From: Convolutriloba macropyga
Lineage: Eukaryota
DNA length: 64,000 nucleotides
Assembly (NCBI RefSeq): GCF_964194025.1
Contig: NC_134474.1
Coordinates: forward strand, 43,152,001 to 43,216,000
Direction of reading: 5' to 3'
In this document: one piece after another, positions 1 through 12,682 of the stretch
Layout of the letters: each line of letters opens with the position of its first letter
How positions within the stretch are numbered: position 1 is the first letter of the stretch
Position numbers and translations under genes: made by a program
Notes under the pieces: generated by a model
Told to the model about the DNA's origin: nothing
The model's database searches: none
The model's input: only the letters and a program-made list of their open reading frames with translations

Positions 1-43
1 GGATTCCGATAATTACACGTGGGAAAAACATCGAAAACTTCTT

Positions 44-1965
44 TCATAAACATAATAATACAAACAAACAGGAAGGCTTTTGTATCCATAAGTGATGCTC
101 GATTATAAAATATAATGTTTTTTGGTACGACTTTTTTTTTATCTTCCTGTGTTTTTTCAGTATGAAGATGAACGAGCTAAAGTCTGGATCATATCCTGTT
201 TCGGTCTTGATGGGTCTTATAATACGGCCTTTTGGACGCATCGAAACTTTGAACGAGCCAAAGTCTGGATCGCAGACGATTTCCGTCTGTCCCTTATTTT
301 CGTAGATTAAAATGGTCTCGATGTACATTTTCGTATTATTACCTCAACCTGAAAAGGTTTCCTAGGCATGCTTTGGAGACAGATACCTGTGATTAGGAGG
401 ATGTTGTGAGTACCATAAGAGACTGTATGACGTAGAGGGAAGAGACAAAGGGGGGCTCACTCACTTTCAATACTTCTCAAGGATGATGGACTTTTATTCG
501 AGTGGAAAAGAACTCAACTACATTGGTGTAAGAACAATTTTGTTGCACTTTTTTCGAACTTTAGAGTAATTTCTGTATTGATCACCTCACTTATTTTTTG
601 CTCTTTGATGGTAACACTATCGTGCTTGGCAGGTATTTAGCATGAAAGAGCTGGGATATCGGTTCACGTGTCCTTGATTTGTGTCGCAACTCGAATTTCT
701 TTCCCCGAGTTTCTCGACACGAGACAGTTTTCTCGACTTTTGATGATTGCACCCTGGTCTATACTTTGTTTGTTTTTCTCATAATGCAGTCAGAGGTTTG
801 CATTTTTTCGGTCTTTACGGAGTGCAGGAAACATGTAGCCTTTATCAATGTAGCCGTTCCTGAACTTAGTCCTATTTAGGCTGTATAGCCCCCCAAAATA
901 CGTAAAGATACAAACAGGGGGCTATAATTGTGTCGGTTGATATGTTGGGCTGAGTGAGATTCCTTCAAGTTTCAAATCAATAAGAGGGAAAATGTCAAGG
1001 CTGTCTTCAAAAGAATTCAAATATAAAGCGAGCCAGTAAAACTTTACACATGATGCTGCCAGTTGATCAAATGAAATGGTCCTATACTCTGTAGACGATT
1101 CCACCAATTGCAGTCTAATCACCTTTGATACTTCACTTTTTACCCTCCGGGGGTGACCCTTCTTAGATACCATATATGGTTCCATCCGAGTCAAGGCCAA
1201 ATTTCTTGTATGATCTTGCTATGGTTTCTAAGAAGCCATATATGATTTTGAATATGCTTTTCAAGATTTTACATGAAAAAAGAGAGTTTCAGCAGAGCAG
1301 CACGCTTTTGATAATTTTCTCACAGTTCGAATATTTTATGATCTTGGAAATGGTTTCTAAGATTCAGCTCTGATAAATTAACCTACCTGATTTTACCCTT
1401 CATAAAAAACTATTTTTCGCTTTTACTTCAAACTAGGAAGAATACAGGCAGGTCATTCAATATGGGTACAGAAAAGAACAAGGTAGATGATCGTGAACTA
1501 GATAATTAGGGCCTAATGCTTTCGGTATACCCCAGGTTTATTCCTTGTCACAGCGGTAAGCCTGTTCGCAGTGTTACTAGTACCTTACCGCAAGAAACCC
1601 TGGGCATTAGAATTGCCGATACCACAGTTTCAGAATTAATTGAAAGTGTAACACCCGCACAAATGTGCGATGACTGAATTTTTAGGTGAGATCAGACGGG
1701 TATGGAGGAAACGTTATCTCCTCAATCGGGTTCGGGAAAGGATGTTTGACATACCTACCTGTCCACAGAAATGGCAAAATACGATTTCCACCAACACGGC
1801 CATTCCAATTGACGCCCAGAAATCATGGAATGTTCAACAGCTCATATCAGCTATTGCACACAGTCGACTTTGATTGGTTCAAACGATACGTCGTATGTTT
1901 CGAACGTCCCTGGATATGCTCTCATTTTGGTCCCAAAATTCCAATTGTTGATTACGTTTTGTCAT
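44..1965 (-). pseudogene. Decayed minus-strand ORF remnants of unknown product, possibly accessory ORFs of a mobile element
   Basis: Protein-like reading frames broken by stops (44..328, 922..1200, and an ATG-started frame from about 1965, MTKRNQQLEFWDQ...). No recognisable domain. Confidence 0.25.
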
Positions 1966-3039
1966 AAAGAAATCATTTCACGATAATTTCTCATCAAATA
2001 ATATCTAATCAAAACCTAGCCTACAAACTTTTATTTTAACATTGATCTCATTCTGACATCCATATAACGATTTGTTCTTTAAACCCCAAACAAGCAAGCC
2101 TAAAAGGCGTGCAATAGCTATTGTTTATTTGTAGTTTTAAAGCATACTTGATTATTTGAATTATTTGCAAGTTTTCCGCGCATTATGGGAATGGTCTAAA
2201 TGCGTTTATAAAAGAACTAAAATTTTACATTTGTGAGATTTCATACGAAAGGGATTTCATACATAGACAGAGGGAAATAACTTTCTTCTAAAAGGCTGTG
2301 ATTTGCAGAGTTAAAATCGTTTTTTTAAGAGTTGTGTTGAACTTTGAATTAAAATTTAGGCTTTTCCGCTCCTCAAAAAGAATTATGGTGTAAAAATTAG
2401 TTCAAGCGTGCTTTTCTTAGTTCGCTGACACGTTTGTTAATCACAATTATATCTTTCACACCAAGAACTTTCGCGGGTAAAACAAATAAATCCGATTTTT
2501 GACATTCAAATACAAGTATGCATCCTAACAAAAACAGCCAATGAAACAAACACTTAGAACTCAAAACACTTGTTTTAACAAAGAAAAGACCAAATTAGCA
2601 CATAAATCCCCAACAATACCACAAGTGGTGTTTTGCAAGACAAATAACACCTGATAATAGGCACACAAAATTGCGGTGCGATTTGGGGCAAGGCAAATAA
2701 GACCAAGATTATTCTTGTTGGAAAACGTCGTCATTCACATTAAAACTTATTACGTTGAAACTACAAACAAAGGAAATCAATTCATTTCCCTTAATTTTTT
2801 CAGTTAAAAGTGAATTTAGTTAATTGTCAATATTGGCCTTGCTCCAAATTTCGTCAGGCTTTAAATAATAATAGCTCTCTCGCCTTATGGACAACAAAAT
2901 TGTGAAAGAGCAACTCGGAAAGGCTCAAAAAAGCTACCTCCGGAGCCTGGAAAAACGCCACGGGCAGAACATATTGGGGTCTGCTCTAATACTAAAACAA
3001 AGAAAAAACAAAGATCCAACTAGTGAATAAAGACCCTCG

Positions 3040-3362
3040 CTTGCGAAGCAAAACGAGCAACAACTGCAGCGAACTGAGTCACATCTTCAGCAATGCGAGC
3101 AACAACAGCAACAAAGCGAGAAACATCAGCAGCATTGCGAGCATTAGCTGCTGCAAATTGGGCAACATTAGCAGCAAGGGGAGCAACAACAGCAGCAAAG
3201 GGAGCAACATCAGCAGCAAAGCGACTAATAACAGCAGCAAAGCGAGCAACATTAGCAGCAATGCGAGCAACAACAGCAGCAAAACAAGCAACATCAGCAG
3301 CAAAGCCAGCAACAACAGCAGCAAATTGAGCAACATCAGCAGCAGAAAGAGCAGCGTAAGCA
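3040..3362. repeat. Degenerate 21-bp minisatellite (consensus near AGCAACAACAGCAGCAAAGCG), about 15 units
   Basis: Gives 7-residue periodicity and long open frames on both strands (FAAVVAR, SNNSSKA, RATTAAK). Confidence 0.85.
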
Positions 3363-4098
3363 GCGACACGAGGAACAACATCATCAACCAACTTATGTTA
3401 TCGACTTGTCAGAAGATGGGAGTGCTGAGCAACACGCTGATCAACACGCTTTATGGAAATAAAAAAAGTACAAAGTGTGCGTCCTTATGCTGAGTAAAAG
3501 TTAACTCTAATTTAAGTACATAGTTGCCATGTTTGTGCTGGTCCGGCTTAATTAAATTTGCTATCAAAATTGAACAACTGACCCCTCATTTTTTGCATTA
3601 ACACAAGAAAACAATATAACAATACGTTGTTTCACTACTCGTGCCGCACTTTATTTAAATTCATCCCCTATTTGGGCGCATTTTGTTTCCAGTATAACAA
3701 TCCTAGTCAGCTCACTCGAACTCATTGGTCTCACAAATCATATAGGATTTTTTCCGTTCGTGCCCCCCCAGAACGTTATGCTCCTCAAGTTACAGAGAAT
3801 TTACCATTACATAGTAAATCATCATTTAAAAATATGGCACAAACGACTGGGCGGTGCAAATATTATGCTTCCACTAATTTGGGGGCGGGGGTCACAAACG
3901 GAAATGATCCAACGTTTAAATATTAATTCGAAAGGGTCGGGTTAGCATTCTAAAATCTGTTATTGCAACAAAATCAAGATTATCTGGGCCATTAAAAAAA
4001 GTCAGCACACATCAGTTTTGATAAGTGGCGATCCAGGCCTTCTTTCCGCAAAGAAGGACCAATTTCTTCAAATTTTCCGCCTCTATTACGGTTTTCCG

Positions 4099-4557
4099 TC
4101 AAATTGTGCCAAGTGCAGCGTACATGCAATTAAAATTAGGATCAATAGTGTCCACAGTTTCAAGAATAAAGGCTGTAGGGTGTAACGAAAGGGTGTTCTT
4201 GAAGTAATTGTTTTCCAGTAACGGCCTTTCGTTAATAACTAGACTCATGTCGTTACAAATTCTATCACGTGTAAGGCGAGTATGATGAAATAAATGGCCG
4301 GTAAAATGCCGATGAATGATGTGATCAGAGCAAGAATCGCAGTTACGTACTACTTCCCGAATGATGGGCTGAGCTCCCTGAACATCGTAACATTGTTTAA
4401 CAAGACGTTTGAGCTTAATCGCTTTAAAATGCTCGTGGTCTCGATGTAGTTTTTGAAAGATGGTTCTGATTTCTGGAATGCAAGACTTTGAGTTCAGTCT
4501 TCCTATTAATAAGGCATAGCCTTGGCTTGAGATACCGACTACATAATTGTTTGAAAT
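4099..4557 (-). pseudogene. Start-less open frame with an integrase-type HHCC zinc-binding motif followed by an OTU-like Cys motif
   Basis: Manual translation: ...IFQKLHRDHEHFKAIKLKRLVKQCYDVQGAQPIIREVVRNCDSC...TIDPNFNCMYAALGTI*. Absent from the ORF track because there is no early start codon. Confidence 0.5.
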
Positions 4558-5797
4558 TCAATTGTTTTGCCTATCAATTTCACGGTTTTTAGAAAAGAAA
4601 TTTGGCAATAGAAATTTAAATTATCTTGATAAAGGTGAGAACCATTTGCGCTTTTGATATAAATCAAACAAAAGCAAGCAAGTGGCGCTAAATAGAGTGA
4701 GTTTGTGGTTTATCACTAAAAAACATTTAAGAAATGGCTAGCTATTACCAACCTGGAGCTGAATTGAGCTTGAAATTGTTATTCAGCGTGATATATCTTG
4801 CTAAATTGTTCGAAATTTTCTCAAATATCTCCACCCCCTCGCAAGTCCTCAAAACCCTAGTTTCCCAAGCCCGATTGCCCCATAAATTTCAACTGGCCAG
4901 TCCTAGGAAAATTCCATTTGCAATGAGAAAACAACGGGCTTTTTCCGGCAACCGAAATGTTTTTTTTTCCCTTCAAAAACAAAAAAAGAAAGAGACGATA
5001 TTTAAATTTTTGTGTTTCTATAAAAAGCAACACTTTAACCAGAGTCAAAATTATTACCAAGACCTCATTCAGACCTGAAGAATTCCGGTAAATTACCTTT
5101 CAATCTCAAAGTGTTAACGTTGAAACTGTTTTATAAGGGAAAAGTGCACAAAGATCTAAATTTCTCCTTTTTTCCTTTTTATGAACGTAACTAGAGGGGT
5201 AAAATTTGTTAAAACTAAACGTCGCTCAATCTTCAGGTGGAAACATAGGTAGTCATAGGTTAAATCAGATGAGTATCCGTAACTGGGAGAGGGTGAGAAC
5301 CAACATGCATAAGCTTGCATACCGAGTGCTGAGCATGAAACGTGAATTGTGCCATGTTCTAAAACTTTGAATCCGAGTTGAACGCGCAACTCCGGTCAAC
5401 TCGAGCAAATATTTACATTAAAAAAGTTGCATCTTATGACTGACTTTCTACACTCACTATTACAATTATGCGTTAGGTGAAAATAGTCTGAAAGGAACGA
5501 TAGGTGACGTTTTGTTGTAAAAAAACTGATAAAGTTGAGTACACTTAGGCACAAGAAAAACGCTCAGAGAGAGATTAGCTTATCTGAAAAGCAGTGGTTC
5601 AGTAATTAAATTAGTGATAGATTGAGGGACGAAGTTGACACGTGAGTTCAACTTGCTTAGGTAAAAATTGTGTTGAGAAAAAAAACATAACCGATCTTTC
5701 TGATTGAGATAAATTACATGGACTAATTGTTATCGGGATTCCACCAACTGCTGTAAGTTATATCTTTGTATTTGCATTTTCTTGGATAATCTTTAGC

Positions 5798-5997
5798 NNN
5801 NNNNNNNNNNNNNNNNNNNNNNNNNNNNNNNNNNNNNNNNNNNNNNNNNNNNNNNNNNNNNNNNNNNNNNNNNNNNNNNNNNNNNNNNNNNNNNNNNNNN
5901 NNNNNNNNNNNNNNNNNNNNNNNNNNNNNNNNNNNNNNNNNNNNNNNNNNNNNNNNNNNNNNNNNNNNNNNNNNNNNNNNNNNNNNNNNNNNNNNNN
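5798..5997. other. Assembly gap
   Basis: Run of N. Confidence 1.
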
Positions 5998-6519
5998 TAC
6001 TTAGACTTGGTTGTTTTAAGAGCTATATTTCAGTGGACTATAACTTCCATTACCGGAAAAAGAAATTAATTAGTGCGCGCTTCAAATATTTTTTATATAC
6101 AGCTTTGAGAGAACAATTGGGACCACAGTCTCTACTTAATTGTCATTCGGTTTTCTTCGAAAACTCTTTCATATTTGATAGGTTTTTGGTTGCCAGCCAC
6201 TCCGCAGCTGGAAGCCTTCAAACAATAAAAAATGCAAAACTCTACTTATAGCACCCTTTCGTTCATGTTTTATTCCAATTTTTAGAAAAGTGTCTGACAA
6301 TTTAGCTTTCAAGCCGTTAGTTCAGATAAGATTTTCAAACTGATGTATCCTGTTTGTCGATATGTTTCTAGAACCATAAAAAACTCCAGAGCCAAGTTAG
6401 AGACAAAAAACGCAAAATAATGTAATTTTGTGTTGATAAATTGTCCTGAAATAGGGTTCGATTGAGGCCTCGGTTAACAGACCGGGGAGCCTGCCTGAGG
6501 GATGCAAAAAAGTTTTAGA

Positions 6520-6745
6520 TGCGGCGTTCTGTTTCTGTGTCCTGGTCAACATCAACGTACCCTCTTGCAGTGAAAAAACGATCAAAGCGTTCTTCCTGCT
6601 TCTTATCATCACTTGGGTTTCGATTGGTTCTTGAGTTGCTTGTGCAAGATCTGATAACTACCCCTTTTTATCAATTTTTATCGAGGAGGCTTCTTTGCTC
6701 TTGATAATCAGACTTTTAGCGTTATATTCTTGATCACGTTTATCA
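6520..6745. repeat. Copy of an old dispersed/tandem repeat; related copies at about 18460-18670 and 19310-19500
   Basis: Shared core TACCCTCTTGCAGTGAAA, plus downstream TTGATAATCAGACTTTTA shared with the 19310-19500 copy. Confidence 0.75.
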
Positions 6746-7040
6746 GTTCCGTTGTTCCCTTGCGTAGAAATTTTTTTACGAGGGTGCAGCTTTGCTTCCA
6801 AAACCATAAACAAGGAAAAATTCCGTGAGTTATTCTGGCTGGAAAAGATCTTAAGCGTAAGGGAGAGCAAAGTGCAAAAAACGAAGCCGAACTAATAGGT
6901 GGAAATATTTAGCAAATAATTCCAGTTTGGGAAGAAAACGACAGACGCAAAGAAAAGCCAGGCATAAAAGCACGGCAAAATGGTGGACAAACCGACCCAA
7001 CAAAATGTTTGATGAGCGACGCATGCAACGAATGAGGAGA

Positions 7041-10000
7041 AACAAAATCAGTACAAGTTTGATAAATTTTTAATTTCAAATTATTTCTTTTGAGTTACTC
7101 TCGTCCAACTTGAGTCAGCATTCTTTATAAAAAGTCAGTCATTCACATTAAAAGATTTATACCAAACTAGAAGAGAAGATATTATCCAGAAAACTGCCCA
7201 AGAGCAAAGAAGAAGGGAGGAACAAAATCAGTAAAAGTTTAATAAATTTTTAATTTCAAATTATTCTTTTGAGTTACTCTCGTCAAACCTGAATCAGCAT
7301 TATTTATAAAAAATCAGTCATTTACATTAAAAGATTTATACCAAACTAGAAGAGAAGACTATATCCAGAATACTGCCCAAGAACAAAGAAGAAGGTAGGT
7401 ATAAAGAAGAAGAAGGTATAAAAAGTCAATCATTCACATTAAAAGGTTTATACCAAACTAGAAGAGAAGACATTATCCAGAAAACCTGCTCAAGAGCAAA
7501 GAAGAAGGGAGGAACAAAATCAGTACAAGTTTGATAAATTTTTAATATCAAATTTATTTTTTTGAGTTACTCTCGTCAAACCTGAGTCAGCATTATTTAT
7601 AAAAAGTCAGTCATTTACATTAAAAGATTTATAACAAAATAGGAGTGAAGACATATCCAGAAAACTGCCCAAGAGCAAAGAAGAAGGGAGGAACAAAATC
7701 AGTACAAATTATGTTGGCGCCAATGCAAATCAGCTAGAAAAGCTATCAGAAAGCAGGAAATAACTTTTGACAATGAAAAAATCTTGAAATTTGTCAAAAT
7801 TCAAAAATGGTCAAAACTGAAAAATTTTACAAGCTGGGACCAAAAATCTGTACAACCCCCCCCCGATTTTGGGAAGGCAAAACCCGAGCAACCCGAGGAT
7901 ATGGCAGACGGTTAGTGTTACCTCTAAACTACTGATGGACCTTACGGACGTTGTTGCATCAGACCCACAAATAAGGCTATTAGCACTTAAATGTTGCAAA
8001 ATTGGCATTTTTCGATATTTTGTTATTTATTGTTAAATTTTCTTAAGTTGTTTATTTTATTATACTTTAGATGATCATTAAAGGTCAAATACCGTACATT
8101 CGAGGCATCTAGAGCCACATAATAACCATCCGCGCTTATGTCAAAAGAAGTAAAAAATGCAGTAATTTGACATTTACTATGTAAACAATGACCTAAACCA
8201 TTTTCTTGATTAACCATTCAGAAACAATTAGCAATGATGTTATAAATGATGAATATTTGATCATTTACTTTAACCTAATTGTCTGAGAAGTGAAACCGAA
8301 ATGTATTTAGAACCATTGGAAACTGTTACCAAGAGCAGTTGACTCTCAGATTGACTAAAATTTGGTTCTTTAACAACTTTTGTCTTTTTTGCTAAGTTTT
8401 GCTAGATCTTAAGATCTTGCGACTTTTAAGTTAGTTGAGCTTACTTAACGAAAAGTTAGCAATAACACTAGCTACTGGCTGAAGCCTTACAAACTTCAGC
8501 ACGAGATTGAACATAGGTTATCACTTAGGATTTTCTTAACTGCAAGCAACAAAATTAAAGTTACAGTCCTTTAATGCGTCCGAGCAACTAATTATTTCTG
8601 CGATATTGTTAGTCAATTGAACCCTGTGAAGAACCAGGCCGGCGTAAAACTCGAGAACCTGAACGTGAAGATTAGGTTCCGCTGAGATTCTTGAGCAGCC
8701 GCAACAAGTTTGATAAATTTTTAATTTCAATTTATTTCTCTTACGTTACTCTCGTCAAACCTGAGTCAGCATTATTTATAAAGAGTCAGTCATTCACATT
8801 AAAAGATTTATATCATAATAGAAGAGAAGACATTATCCAAAAATCTGCCCAAGAGCATTGTAGAAGGTAGGTATAAAGAGGAAGAAGGTATAAAACGTCA
8901 GTCGTTCACATTAAAAGATTTTTTACCAAACTAGAAGAGAAGACATTATCTGGAAAACTGACCAAGAGCAGTGAAGAAGGCAGGTATAAAGAAGAAGAAG
9001 GTATAAGACGTCAGTCGATCACATTAAAAAATTTATATCAAACTAGATGAGTAGACATTATCCAGAAAACTGCCCAAGAGCAGTGAAGATGGTAGGTATG
9101 TAGAAGACGAAAGTATAAAAAAACAGTCATTTACATTAAAAAATTTATACCAAACTAGAAGAGAAGGCATTATCCAGAAAACCGCCCAAGAGCAAAGAAG
9201 AAGGGAGGAACAAAATCAGTACAAGTTTGATAAATTTTTAATTTCAAATTATTTCTTTTGAGTTACTCTCGTCAAACATGAGTCAGCATTATTTATAAAA
9301 AATCAGTCCTTCACATTAAAAGATTTATACCAAACTAGAAGAGAAGACATTATCTGGAAAACTGACCAAGAGCAGTGAAGAAGGCAGGTATAAAGAAGAA
9401 GAAGGTATAAGACGTCAGTCGATCACATTAAAAAATTTATATCAAACTAGATGAGTAGACATTATCCAGAAAACTGCCCAAGAGCAGTGAAGAATGTAGG
9501 TATAAAGAAGAAGAAGGTATAAAAAGTCAGTCATTCAAATTAAAAGATTTATACCAAACTAGAAGAGAAAGCATTATCCAGAAAACTGCCCAAGAGCAAA
9601 GAAGAAGGGAGGAACAAAATCAGTACAATTTTGATAAATTTTTAATTTCAAGTTATTTGTTTTGAGTTTCTCTCGCAAACCAGAGTCAGCATTATTTATA
9701 AAAAGTCAGTCGTTCACATTAAAAGATTTATACCAAACTAGAAGAGAAAACATTATCCAGAACACTGCCCAAGAGCGAAGAAGAAGGGAGGAACAAAATC
9801 AGTACAAGTTTGATAAATTTTTAATTTCAAATTATTTTTTTTGAGTTACTCTCGTCAAACCTGAGTCAGCATTTTTTTTATAAAAAGTCAGTCGTTCACA
9901 TTGAAAGATTTATAGCAAACTAGAAGAGAAGACATTATCCAGAAAACTGCCCAAGAGCAAAGAAGAAGGGAGGAACAAAATCAGTTCAAGTTTGATAAAT

Positions 10001-10159
10001 TTTTAATTTCAAATTATTTTTTTTGAGTTACTCTCGTCAAACCTGAGTCAGCATAATTTATAAAAAAGTCAGTCGTTCACATTAAAAGATTTATACCAAG
10101 CTAGAAGAGAAGACATTTTCCAGAAAACTGCCCAAGAGCAAAGAAGAAGGTAGTCAATC
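7041..10159. repeat. Satellite array of two related monomers (about 180 bp and about 110 bp), interrupted by a solo LTR
   Basis: Common core AGTCAGTCATTCACATTAAAAGATTTATACCAAACTAGAAGAGAAGACATTATCCAGAAAACTGCCCAAGAGC, preceded either by AACAAAATCAGTACAAGTTTGATAAA...GAGTCAGCATT (long form) or by TAGGTATAAAGAAGAAGAAGGTATAA (short form). Confidence 0.95.
7712..8706. mobile_element. Solo LTR (995 bp) inserted in a satellite monomer
   Basis: Termini TGTTG...CAACA. It splits the monomer AGTACA-AGTTT-GATAA, with a degenerate 5-bp TSD (AATTA left, AGTTT right). Confidence 0.7.
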
Positions 10160-11232
10160 AATTACCACCCAATGAAGTGAAAAATACGTAGACGGTGTGG
10201 GGCAGAAAAAGCCAGAATTTGGTGATCTGATGAGGGAAAATGAAACGGGATCAGCCGGAATGAAGCGAAAACCCAGGAAAGAATGGTGCAAACTAGAAAA
10301 AGCAAAACAAGGTGAACGCAACTTAAATTCCACGAAAAACGACGGCAAGACGGAGACAAAAAGGATATTCGCAGGTGAAAAAATTAAAAGCATGACGAAA
10401 CAGATGAAACAAAAACGCCAGGCAAAAGACGCACCAATGGAGAAAGATAGAGATAGGCGAAATTCTAATACCAGGTGAAAGACGCATTGCAAAACTATCA
10501 AAAACAAAAATAAGCTCGTAATTATGTCTAACAAAACAAACGACTCAAGAAAACAGAAATTATATATCCTTTACGCCTGAATCAGCTATGTCACCACCTA
10601 GAAACGATTGAGGCAGATATAATTGGATTTAAAAGGGCACAAGTCACCATGGGAAGTCACAACAATCACATGAAAATAATTTGCTGCAATACACTAAGGC
10701 AACGAACTTGTAGGAAAAATCAAGGCAATAAACTATGTGGTAAAATCCAAAAAGTTCAATAAAGTGATATTCATTTGATTAAAACCAACTTTTTCGAACT
10801 ACGCCTTCATCATCAAGTTAAAATAAAGTATTTGTACGATAAAATAAATTGATCTAACAATCTTTTACCTGGTATGTGACTAAAGATGTTTTAATCTTTG
10901 AATTGAATTCAACGCAATTGATGCTTTTTTAAAATAAATCTTAGGAGCCTCGTTTAAAAACTCGTTATCTACAACTCAAAACGATTTGTTCAAGCCCACA
11001 AGCTCCTTGATTTTTGCAAGCCATGGACATGATATTTCGTTTTCATTCTTCAGAGCTCTGGATTACTCCAGAGCTCTGAAGAATCCCTCTTTTATTTTTT
11101 GGAACATATTGTTGACAAATATTTTGTTTTTGTCTTTAACATAGTCAAGTTCCAAAAACTATAGCCCATTTTTCATCTTTGATTTAAAGCTTGAATGGTA
11201 CCTAGGAATTGAAAATTTACGACCCCGGCACA

Positions 11233-11668
11233 TGTAAAGGTGAAAACACTCTTTCCCATCTTCAATTGATTCAAACTACATAAAGCAACGTCTATAAAGA
11301 TAGCAGATTGTATGTAGAGCGACGTATTGGCCTTGTTACGTACATAGCAACGTATAAACTCATCGATGATAGCAACAAGTGGTATTTTATACGGCAATTT
11401 TTGATGCTCATTTGGCCGGTTTTTTGTCTGATAACGAATCCATTCAATGCCAGTCACCATTTTGTACCAATTAATGCAAAAACCCAAAAATTATTGAGCC
11501 GAATCATGTCTTATTTGATAGGTCCTATGATTAGATTAACTTAAAATTATGTTATTTGCAATTTTTCCAAGTTTTGTACGCAAATTGGAACGATTTCGAT
11601 GCGTGTTTAAATGCTTAGAACTAATGGTTTCTGATAGGATAAATAATCTCTCGCTTTATTCAGTAACA
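11233..11668 (-). repeat. 3' LTR of the BEL/Pao element
   Basis: Direct repeat of 17589-18023; follows the integrase end RPLVKLVPIL...EDV. Confidence 0.92.
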
Positions 11669-12485
11669 TCCTCCAGCCGAGAAGAAGATGTTTGGAGAAT
11701 CGGTACTAATTTTACAAGAGGGCGAATGAGCGATCCGGTAGACGTGCGCAGGACGGCGGAGCGCGCGACGCTGTCGAAACCGTAACGGAGTTCAGTGATC
11801 CGAGCAGTTGGGTAGTAACCCCTTGGGTTACTCTTCAACTACCCAAGCCAAATCACCGGTCTTAAGGTGTTGCTCGGCAGGCGTCTGTCACTTGGAACGT
11901 CGTTTCAGCGCCGGTACCGACTCTGTGATCCAACGTGACCAAAATTGTTAGCATACGACTGTGCGCGGGTGTACTGTTTACGATGATCGAACTTGTCTAC
12001 GCCAACGATTGACGGAATTGCTGTGGCTTGGTTACCGAGTAGGAAATGATAAGGTGTTATTTCGCCTAGATTGGACGGGTCGGCGCTTACGAGCGTTAAA
12101 GCGCGGGCGTTAAGTGCGTGTTCGACGAGACAAAGAATAGTGTTCAAAACTTTGCCAGTGAGGCAACGAGTACCAAGGATGGTGTAAAATATTTGCTTAA
12201 AACCAGGTACTAGCCTGTCCCAAATGCATCCTTGGTGTTGCGCGTTGAGTGGATTGAACCTTCACTTAATGCCTTTGTGGGCAAGTTCAACGGCGATGTT
12301 GATGGTGTTCAACTTTTCGATTTTCGATTTTGATGGTGTTCACTTTTCGAAGGAACGATTTCAACATGAACAGCCCGAGCAGTTAAGCATGTGAAGAGGA
12401 AACCCCATCTCTTCTCGGAAGCCCTACGTACAGTAACGTAAAACGGGCCGAAGTAATCAACCCCGTTGTTCGTGAAGGGAAGTGG
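11669..12485 (-). pseudogene. BEL/Pao integrase, C-terminal part (frameshifted, partly deleted)
   Basis: GVDYFGPF...[20 protein letters not shown]; RFNPLNAQHQGCIWDRLV; VEHALNARALT...ITPYHFLLG; YPTARITELRYGFDSVARSAVLRT...RPLVKL. Confidence 0.9.
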
Positions 12486-12682
12486 GTAATAGGGAGTTTT
12501 GTTGCGTGTGGAATGTTCAATTGAGTTGGATTCTGTTGTTGTGCAAAAAGAGGGTTTGGCAGATGCAGCTGAACAAGCATTATAGAGCTTTTTGGTCTCA
12601 ATTGTACAGCGGATTGATTCGTGATTGATGCCTGTGGGTTTAATGAGAAAGAAAAATCAGGCGCAAAAATGGTCGAGTTCGA

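Noticed and set aside
3020-3391. Ala-rich antifreeze-like or Ser/Asn-rich host protein
   Set aside because: Explained by a stop-poor 21-bp repeat; no 11-residue Thr periodicity and no gene structure.
7041-10159. CRISPR-like array
   Set aside because: The intervening sequences are themselves repeats, there are no cas genes and the context is eukaryotic; it is a satellite.
10154-10534. Hydrophobic membrane-protein ORFs (also 14197-14671 and 20533-20973)
   Set aside because: By-products of strand-biased GA-rich low-complexity DNA.
11173-11544. Repeated ORF MVTGIE...RYQTK (also 17505-17816) as a gene family
   Set aside because: Chance frames inside the two BEL LTRs.
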